Shown in pieces: positions 47,935 through 55,079 of a stretch of 64,000 nucleotides of DNA. The DNA comes from an uncultured Gammaproteobacteria bacterium (GTDB lineage: Bacteria; Pseudomonadota; Gammaproteobacteria; Steroidobacterales; SZUA-146), in assembly GCA_963922815.1 (NCBI GenBank), contig CAWUKD010000001.1:36631-100630 (forward strand), written 5' to 3'. Every line of letters begins with the position of its first letter. Position 1 is the first letter of the stretch. A program made the translations under genes and the position numbers. The notes beneath the pieces are model-generated. The model was not told the DNA's origin and ran no database searches. It was given only the letters and a program-made list of their open reading frames with translations.

Positions 47935-50391
47935 TCAGAGCAAGCCGCTGGGACCCGGCGGTAACAAAAAGAATTCGCCGAGCAGTTCAAAGTCGAGAAA
48001 ATCCACCTTGCCGTCGCCGTTGAAGTCGGCGTCCTCATCATCAGACTGAAAGCGCTGTGCAAACAAAGCTATATCGACAAAGTTGGTGACCTGATCATCA
48101 TTAAGGTCCGTATCGCAAGCGTTCCCGAATCCATCCGCATTGCTGTCTCGCTGATCGCTATTGGCCCGATCCAGACAGTTGTCCGCCGTATTGGCAACAC
48201 CATCAAGATCGCTATCGGCCTGCGCCGCTACTCCGAGGGTTAGTCGCGTTGGGCTCAGACCCACGGCATCCGGCACCAGCAACACACTGCCGTAATAAGG
48301 CCCATCCTGTGCGCTTGCCATATCGAACACAACGTCGATAGCTTGTTCCTCGCCGGCGTCGAGCGTAAAACTTTGCGGAATAGCCGAAACGATTGGGCCC
48401 GCCTGATCGGTCTCCACCACTACCGTCCAGCTAGCAGGCGCCACGGCCTTGACCGTGCGAGACCAGGAGCATTCGTTTACGCAGTTCAGATCAACCAGTC
48501 CGGCCAAATTCATGCGCGACGGCTGACCGCCCTGAGCGGGGTTCGCCGCTTCAAACCCGGCGATCGTTTCGTTCAGTAATAACCCGGCCTGAACCGCAGC
48601 CGCCACGTCGATGCGACCGCCGCCGTAATCAAAGGGAGTGGTCGGATCATCTTCAAATTGCTCGTCCAATGGACCCACACCGGTGGTCATCAACGCTGAC
48701 AGCACTTCAGCGTCGGACCAATCAGGCCTGGCCGATTTAATCAGGGCTATCGCACCGCCACCGGGCCCCGCTGCCGGACCGGTCGCCACCTTGAACGACG
48801 CTTCCCCGGTTGGAACAATGACATCAATCGACGGTACGGCAACCGAAGGGGCCAGATAGTCAAGCCCCAGCACCGGGCCCCGGCTGCTCGCGCCGGAAAC
48901 ACGATCGGCCAGCTCCGGATCAATGGGCGCGTCGTTAAGCGTGATAGAGGCTGCATGCCCGCTTCCGCTGGCAAGCCAGGTCCGCAGTAAAGTAGAGTCT
49001 GCGGCATTCAGATGAATACCGGGAAACGGGAAGAAATCCGCGTGTACAGAATCAAAGCCGCCGACCACATTAGCGAGCACCATGCCACCGGCACCGGAAT
49101 CCAGTGCGTTCTGGGCTTTTTGTATGCGTGCAATCTGACCGCGATCACAGACCAGAATTTCACCGTTAAGCGTGCCAGGAGGAAACGGCTCAAGGCACTG
49201 CGCAGGGTCAGCAACCGGCACATCGAGACTACCGGCGTACACAATGTTCGCGGTAATTGGTCCGCCGAGAGAACCGCCCAACAAATCACCGGGAGGTGGC
49301 GTATCACCGCCGCTAAAGTTTGTCAGCACCTTGAAATTATTGGTTCGGCCATGGGTGCTCGAGATAAACGTTGCCGTCCACGGAGCGGCCAGACTGAGGC
49401 CCAGCGTTCCGGGTTCAGGTCCGCCGTTGCCAGTTATGTATGCCAGGCTGACGCCGTTGGCCCTGAGTGAAAGACCCGCCAGCCCGTAGAGGCCGTCCCA
49501 GGCCGTACTGATTGACGAGCCGATAAAATGCACGAGCACGTCAACGTCATCGTTGATGGCCTGCTCGAATGCGCTTAGCACACTGGTTGCTGCGCAGCTG
49601 GATTCACACGTTCGATACACGATCAGATTGGCATGAGGTGCAACCCCGGTAACGATCGGAAGCCCAATATTGCCAAGACTGGTCTCGCTCAACCGGTTGC
49701 CCGCAGCCTGACTGGCCGCCGAGTTGCTGGCACCGTCAAGCTCTTCCGAGGTCAGCTGTGAATCATTGCTGAACGTGTAGCGCCCGATCAGCTTGCTGTT
49801 GCACAGGACTTCCGGTGCGGTAAGGCACTCTCCCAGATACACGCCGTCGCCCAGCGGATTGGTGTGCGTGTAACCGTCATCGCCGGTAGCCGCAAAGGCA
49901 GGATGACTGCCGCTGATTCCGGTGCCGGTAATACCGATAACAACACCTTCTCCAAGGTGTCCACTATCATTCGTTGCCGAGCCGTCCCAGACTTCGTTAG
50001 CACGAATCAAATCCACGACAGGATCACCGCTACCGCCCGCACCATTGCGTTCCACCGTGGCCGTCAGTTCGGTCAATTCACGGGGCGATAGAGACGGAGT
50101 CAGCAGTTCGAACACTTCGTCTTTGATAACGGCTTGCACGCCTGGATGGCGACTAAGCCTGGACGCCTCGACGTCGTCCATCAGCGTCGAAAAACCATTG
50201 ATGACGTGTCGGTACTCCCGCACGACTTTTAGTTCGCGTCCAAGATCGGCGTTAAGCTGTGATCGCACCGACGCCGCATTTGCCGACGATTCAAGATGGA
50301 CGATGTAGCTGGCTTCCTCCGCCTGAACGGCACACGTCCCGGCAAGAGCCAACACGCAGGCTACGATGGTGTTTCTTAATGACTGAATCAT
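47935..50391 (-). CDS. Subtilase (peptidase S8, pyrolysin/plant-type with I9 propeptide and PA insert) homolog with Asp/His/Ser all substituted, plus a C-terminal TSP3/dockerin-like module; predicted pseudo-protease
   Basis: Signal peptide ..AGTCAVQA. I9-like YIVHL..VVREYRHVINGFS. Asp box reads VVIGITGTGI (expected ..DTG/DSG..). His box reads DGASNSAASQAAGN (expected DGHGTHTAS.AAGN). Ser box reads VATGPAAGPGGGAIALIK (expected SGTSMA.PHV.G). The oxyanion Asn is kept (ITGNGGP). PA-like ILVCDRGQIARIQK. The last 93 aa match the module of the FG-GAP trio. Confidence 0.85.
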   Translation of the reverse strand: MIQSLRNTIVACVLALAGTCAVQAEEASYIVHLESSANAASVRSQLNADLGRELKVVREYRHVINGFSTLMDDVEASRLSRHPGVQAVIKDEVFELLTPSLSPRELTELTATVERNGAGGSGDPVVDLIRANEVWDGSATNDSGHLGEGVVIGITGTGISGSHPAFAATGDDGYTHTNPLGDGVYLGECLTAPEVLCNSKLIGRYTFSNDSQLTSEELDGASNSAASQAAGNRLSETSLGNIGLPIVTGVAPHANLIVYRTCESSCAATSVLSAFEQAINDDVDVLVHFIGSSISTAWDGLYGLAGLSLRANGVSLAYITGNGGPEPGTLGLSLAAPWTATFISSTHGRTNNFKVLTNFSGGDTPPPGDLLGGSLGGPITANIVYAGSLDVPVADPAQCLEPFPPGTLNGEILVCDRGQIARIQKAQNALDSGAGGMVLANVVGGFDSVHADFFPFPGIHLNAADSTLLRTWLASGSGHAASITLNDAPIDPELADRVSGASSRGPVLGLDYLAPSVAVPSIDVIVPTGEASFKVATGPAAGPGGGAIALIKSARPDWSDAEVLSALMTTGVGPLDEQFEDDPTTPFDYGGGRIDVAAAVQAGLLLNETIAGFEAANPAQGGQPSRMNLAGLVDLNCVNECSWSRTVKAVAPASWTVVVETDQAGPIVSAIPQSFTLDAGEEQAIDVVFDMASAQDGPYYGSVLLVPDAVGLSPTRLTLGVAAQADSDLDGVANTADNCLDRANSDQRDSNADGFGNACDTDLNDDQVTNFVDIALFAQRFQSDDEDADFNGDGKVDFLDFELLGEFFLLPPGPSGLL

Positions 50392-50643
50392 CCCTAATCC
50401 CCCCGGATTACTAATTCTTAACGGTCGCAGTTCTTATCCCTTTACTATACACCCACGTTGAAACAGTGTTTAACAAGCTGATTAATATTATTTTTTCAAA
50501 GGGTCGTGCGCGCAGACACGAAAAACAGGCCCGGCAAAGAGCTTGGGTACTGACCACGGGCTGTTTTGATGCAGCGCCTGTGTGCGAGGACAGGCGATCA
50601 TTTGCGGTACGCCCGATCAAACACTCACAGCGCGAATGGCGGG

Positions 50644-51588
50644 CTAATCATTGGCGGCAATGTGTCGATCTATCAACCGCACAAAGCGTGGCAGTAATTC
50701 CTTCGGCAGATCGTGACCCATACCCTCAAACAGCTTGAGTTCAGCGCCATCGATACAGTTGGCGGTGTCGATGCCACCGGCCACCGGAATGAGCACATCG
50801 GCCTTGCCGTGAATCACCAGGGTTGGCCGATCAATAGACGACAGCATTTCCCGCCGGTCTCCGTTGTGCACGATGGCCGCCAACTGGTGCCGATAGCCGG
50901 GTGGGTATAACGAACGTCTTATCGAGCGCATCAGGCGCTGTCTCAGCTCCTGCTCGCTCGGCATGTAATCCGGACTGCCAATTATTGACCAGGTTCTTAG
51001 TCCGTGACTGATCAGCTCTTCTTCATCGGCGCCCTGAGGTCGCGTGAGCAACTGCCGGGTCGCGCGCCAGCTGGTGCCCGGCAGCTTGGGGTTGCCGGTT
51101 GTTGACATGATGGACGTTAACGAACGAATGCGCTCCGGAAATTGCGCCGTCACGATTTGCGAAATCATGCCGCCCATTGACGCACCAACGATATGAGCCG
51201 CGTCGATATCGAGCGCATCAAGCACGCCAATCGTGTCCTCAGCCATATCATGCAATGTGTAAGGGACATTTACCGACATGCCCAGTTGCGACCGGAACAA
51301 GATGCGCGGGATCGAAATGGGTTTCTCAAACGGAATTTTCTCGGAGAGTCCGATATCGCGATTGTCGAAACGAATCACCCGATAGCCGCACTGGGCAAGG
51401 CCATGGCAAAACTCGTCTGGCCAGGCAATCATCTGCGTACCCAGTCCCATTACCAGAACCAGGGGCGTATCGTCGGGATTGCCAAACTCTTCGTAGGCAA
51501 TTTTCAGATTGTTGGCCACCAGAAACTGTTCGTTTCGTTCCTCTTCCATCGCAGCGTGTGTCGCAGGGTCCGTCATTGTTCGATTCAA
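50644..51588 (-). CDS. Alpha/beta hydrolase
   Basis: LVLVMGLG..FDNRDIGLS and the nucleophile elbow GASMGG. It starts 15 nt after the WS/DGAT stop. Confidence 0.75.
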   Translation of the reverse strand: MNRTMTDPATHAAMEEERNEQFLVANNLKIAYEEFGNPDDTPLVLVMGLGTQMIAWPDEFCHGLAQCGYRVIRFDNRDIGLSEKIPFEKPISIPRILFRSQLGMSVNVPYTLHDMAEDTIGVLDALDIDAAHIVGASMGGMISQIVTAQFPERIRSLTSIMSTTGNPKLPGTSWRATRQLLTRPQGADEEELISHGLRTWSIIGSPDYMPSEQELRQRLMRSIRRSLYPPGYRHQLAAIVHNGDRREMLSSIDRPTLVIHGKADVLIPVAGGIDTANCIDGAELKLFEGMGHDLPKELLPRFVRLIDRHIAAND

Positions 51589-51603
51589 TTCCTGGCTGGC
51601 CGT

Positions 51604-53373
51604 TTAATTCGGGTCGACTTTCGACATCTTGCGCGCACGCTTGCGAATCACAGGCTTTTTGAATGCACGTTTGGGTTTCACTGCAGGCGGACTGCTGGTC
51701 GCTTCCGTTTTATCGTCTGCAGCCTTTACAGATGCTTTGCTGCTTGACGCTTTCGTCGCACCTTTTTTCTTGCTCGCCGATTTGCCCGAGGCCTTTTTCT
51801 TTGTGGCAGCACGTTTCCCCGACGCTTTTTTGGCTGACGATTTTTTTGCCGTCGCTTTCTTGCTGGTCGCTTTGCGGCCGATCACTTTCTTTTTCGCCGC
51901 CGGTTTCGTTGTTTTCGCGCTCACCTTACTGACCGCTTTGCCGTCTTCATCGGCTTCGACAATATTCCGGGTGGCGTCATAAAGCTCGTCGAATGATTCC
52001 TGCAGACACTGCGCGTAAAACGCCGGGTCCGGCATCATTTCGCGGCAGCAACATACGGCAATATTAAACGTGCCACAGTAGCTGCCAATGGCGTGGAACA
52101 GTCCTGTCCCGTCAATGGGCGGCCCCATACCAAAGCTGCTGATCATGCGGGCGCCGGTAAAATATAGCGGTACCTGCGGACCGGGTACGTTAGTGATCAC
52201 ACAGTTATAAAGCGGCTTGATCCGATTGACCAGCCCCATGCGACTCGCCAGTCGTGCCGCCGACGCGGTCAGGGTTGACGGTATGAACTGCGCGTAGTCC
52301 GTCATGCTCTTGGCACCTATGGCATTGGTCAGTTCTTTGGCGTGACGCGTACCCTTACTTACCGACAGCAGGCGCTCGATCGGGTCTTCGATATGACTGC
52401 CTATACGGACCGTCATTTGAGACACCTGATTACCCGCCGTACCGAGCTTGTCTTTGGTGCGCACGTTAATGGGCGCCATTGCTGCCAGCGACTTTCGGGG
52501 CAATTCGCTCTTGCTCTCAAGATATTTGCGTAGCCCGCCTCCACAAATGGCAAGCGCCACATCGTTAACCGTTACACCTTCAATCGAGCTTTTAATGGCC
52601 TTGATGTCTTTGAGCTTGAAGAGCACCGAGTCGAACACACGGTGAGGGGAAACATTGGTATTGAACCGGGTGCGCGGCAAGTCGGTAACGCGATTGATAT
52701 TGCCTGCGGCCATGCCGGTAACAAACCTGGTCAGCCCGGGCAGCGTATTGCGCGCGACTGAAAACACCCGCAGCGGTGTTTTAATGGTGTTGATCTGAGC
52801 GCGCCAGAGCAGTTCGAGGTTGGAAGGCATGCGTTCGGTTTCAATCGGACGAACTTCAGGATATTTTTCAGGTGACGGTTCAAGATCATGAATAATGGAC
52901 GCAATCTCCACCCCGGATGCGCCGTCTATGGCCGCGTGGTGCATCTTGCTTAATACGGCGAAACAGCCTGGCGGGTATCCCTCGACATTATCGAGCCCTT
53001 CGATAATGTACATTTCCCACAGCGGATGGGCCCGATCGAGCGGTCGTGCGTGCAGACGGGATACCTGAATACAGAGCTGGCGCCAGTCGCCGGGTTTGGG
53101 TAGCGCGATGTGCCGGATATGAAACTCCGGGTCAAAGTCGCCATCGGCTCGCCAGTAGGGGTGATCAAGACTCAGGGGGACTTCAACCAGCGTATTGGTC
53201 AGTGCGGCAATGCGCTGTGCACGAGCGGTCAGGTTGGCCAGAATTTGCTTGAACGTGACGTGACCGCCTTCCGCCGTAGACGGATCGTAGATGGACAGCC
53301 CTCCAATGTGCATGGGTGTATTGGCTGTTTCCAGATACAAAAACGATGCGTCGAGTCCACTGAGCTGCTGCAC
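51604..53373 (-). CDS. Wax ester synthase / diacylglycerol acyltransferase (WS/DGAT) with a ~104-aa C-terminal Lys/Ala/Ser-rich histone-H1-like tail
   Basis: MQQLSGLDASFLYLE..PMHIGGL and the active-site HHAAIDGASG. The C-terminus reads AKTTKPAAKKKVIGRKATSKKATAKKSSAKKASGKRAATKKKASGKSASKKKG..KPKRAFKKPVIRKRARK. Confidence 0.88.
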   Translation of the reverse strand: MQQLSGLDASFLYLETANTPMHIGGLSIYDPSTAEGGHVTFKQILANLTARAQRIAALTNTLVEVPLSLDHPYWRADGDFDPEFHIRHIALPKPGDWRQLCIQVSRLHARPLDRAHPLWEMYIIEGLDNVEGYPPGCFAVLSKMHHAAIDGASGVEIASIIHDLEPSPEKYPEVRPIETERMPSNLELLWRAQINTIKTPLRVFSVARNTLPGLTRFVTGMAAGNINRVTDLPRTRFNTNVSPHRVFDSVLFKLKDIKAIKSSIEGVTVNDVALAICGGGLRKYLESKSELPRKSLAAMAPINVRTKDKLGTAGNQVSQMTVRIGSHIEDPIERLLSVSKGTRHAKELTNAIGAKSMTDYAQFIPSTLTASAARLASRMGLVNRIKPLYNCVITNVPGPQVPLYFTGARMISSFGMGPPIDGTGLFHAIGSYCGTFNIAVCCCREMMPDPAFYAQCLQESFDELYDATRNIVEADEDGKAVSKVSAKTTKPAAKKKVIGRKATSKKATAKKSSAKKASGKRAATKKKASGKSASKKKGATKASSSKASVKAADDKTEATSSPPAVKPKRAFKKPVIRKRARKMSKVDPN

Positions 53374-53550
53374 AGGGCACCTCCCTACAAAAAGGCTGAT
53401 TAGCCGTTCAGACTAAAAGGCCCACCCGCGAAAGTCTATACTTTTACTGGCGCCCATCGATTCCCGTACTTGTCATAATTGAATAACGGGCAATTTGCAG
53501 GAATAGCCGATCTATGGCGAACACGCGCCACCAGCTGACTACGGGGGCTG

Positions 53551-54246
53551 TTACCCATCAAGCGCAAACTGCACGGCGCGGGCTGCGTGCAGGCCGGTCG
53601 TATCGTAGAGCGGCACATCCGTGTCGTCCTGACCGATCAACAACGCGATTTCCGTACATCCCAGTATGACAGCCTCGGCGCCGCTGGCCTTCAGCGACCC
53701 GACTATCTGCAAATACGCCTTCGCCGATTCGTCACGGATTTCTCCGAGGCACAGCTCATTGAAAATCACATCATGGATCAGGTTCCGGTCATCCGCTTCC
53801 GGAACAACAACATCAATGCCGAATTTATCTTGCAGCCTGCCTTTGTAGAAGTCCTGCTCCATGGTGAAGCGCGTACCCAGCAAACCCACCCGACCGATAT
53901 TGTCGGCAACGAGTTTTTCCGCCGTTGCATCCGCAATATGCAGCATGGGAATCGCCACCGCGGACTCGATAGCAGGCGCTACTTTGTGCATGGTATTCGT
54001 ACACAGAACGATGCACTCGGCGCCGCCTGCCTCTACCGACCTGGCAGCATTCGCCAGAGTGCTACCCATTGCCTCCCAGTCACCTTCACGCTGCTGCTTT
54101 TCGATCTCGTCAAAATCCACGCTGTACAGGCAGATTTTCGCCGAATGAAAACCTCCCAGCGCGGCTTTGACGCCCCGGTTTATCTGGGTGTAGTAACTCG
54201 CGGTGGATTCCCAGCTCATCCCGCCTATCATGCCGATGGTTTTCAT
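53551..54246 (-). CDS. Aspartate/glutamate racemase family protein
   Basis: MKTIGMIGGMSWEST, and the two catalytic-Cys contexts LCTNTMH and LGCTEI. Confidence 0.85.
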   Translation of the reverse strand: MKTIGMIGGMSWESTASYYTQINRGVKAALGGFHSAKICLYSVDFDEIEKQQREGDWEAMGSTLANAARSVEAGGAECIVLCTNTMHKVAPAIESAVAIPMLHIADATAEKLVADNIGRVGLLGTRFTMEQDFYKGRLQDKFGIDVVVPEADDRNLIHDVIFNELCLGEIRDESAKAYLQIVGSLKASGAEAVILGCTEIALLIGQDDTDVPLYDTTGLHAARAVQFALDG

Positions 54247-54728
54247 TGTTCTACCTCAGTGGTCACGCCCGACGAAGGATTGATATCGAAATGTAATACT
54301 TCCTCGCGAGTTCCGAGCTTTTCGTATAACGCAATAGCCGGTGCATCTTCAGGACCCGTATCCGCCTGAACGAATACTACATACGCGCCCCGCGCTCTGG
54401 CGATTTTCTTAAGTTCATCGATCAAAGCAGTAGCAACACCTTTACGACGGTGGGCCTCGAGAACAGCAAGGTCGTAAAGATAGATCTCGCTGCGCTCCTG
54501 CTCAAACTTTTTGAGTTCATAGGCCGCCAGACCGCCTGCGACTTCGTTGTCGACAGAAGCAATCAATGCAATAAACGTGTCATCTGCGAGGAGCGCCCGT
54601 AAGTAATCAGGGCCTGGCCGGTTTGAGGAATAGTTTTGCTCATCTTCAAATGCCTGACTGAAGGCGTCCAGCAACATACCCATCAGGTCTGGATCAGTTG
54701 GATGAATTCGTTGAACTCTGGTGTCCAT
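54243..54728 (-). CDS. GNAT acetyltransferase closely resembling aminoglycoside 3-N-acetyltransferase AAC(3)-I
   Basis: KFEQERSEIYLYDLAVLEAHRRKGVATALI..ARGAYVVFVQAD..AIALYEKLGTREEVLHFDI is near-collinear with AAC(3)-Ia as I recall it ([60 protein letters not shown]). ATGA overlap with the racemase start. The track start is 54749. Confidence 0.8.
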   Translation of the reverse strand: MDTRVQRIHPTDPDLMGMLLDAFSQAFEDEQNYSSNRPGPDYLRALLADDTFIALIASVDNEVAGGLAAYELKKFEQERSEIYLYDLAVLEAHRRKGVATALIDELKKIARARGAYVVFVQADTGPEDAPAIALYEKLGTREEVLHFDINPSSGVTTEVEQ

Positions 54729-54788
54729 GTCAGTTTTATCCCGCTCCATGTCCCTTAGTAAGATAGCTTGCCAGGTTCGACGATCGAT

Positions 54789-55079
54789 TCAGACGACCGT
54801 TTCCACCAGAAAGATCATTCCGGAGCCCGTCATCTGACCACCCTTTTCTACCAGCAAAGTAACGCCTTCGTGATCGTTAATCCGAAACTCGTCCCTGATG
54901 TGTTCCCACTGGAGTTCGCCCGCCCGCTGCAGCGACGCTAAAAACTCGAATTCCTTTGTGCTCTCAATGGCCTTATCCGCGGCAATCGATCGAATCGCAC
55001 AGTCACCGGCATCCGGCCCGCCTGACATCACGATAAACCCCAAATGGTCGCCATGTATGTTTGATATAGCGTACGTCAT
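54789..55079 (-). CDS. Hypothetical 96-aa cytoplasmic protein, translationally coupled to the sensor kinase
   Basis: Its ATG overlaps the kinase TAA (TAATG). No signal peptide or TM segment, and no family recognised. Confidence 0.5.
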   Translation of the reverse strand: MTYAISNIHGDHLGFIVMSGGPDAGDCAIRSIAADKAIESTKEFEFLASLQRAGELQWEHIRDEFRINDHEGVTLLVEKGGQMTGSGMIFLVETVV

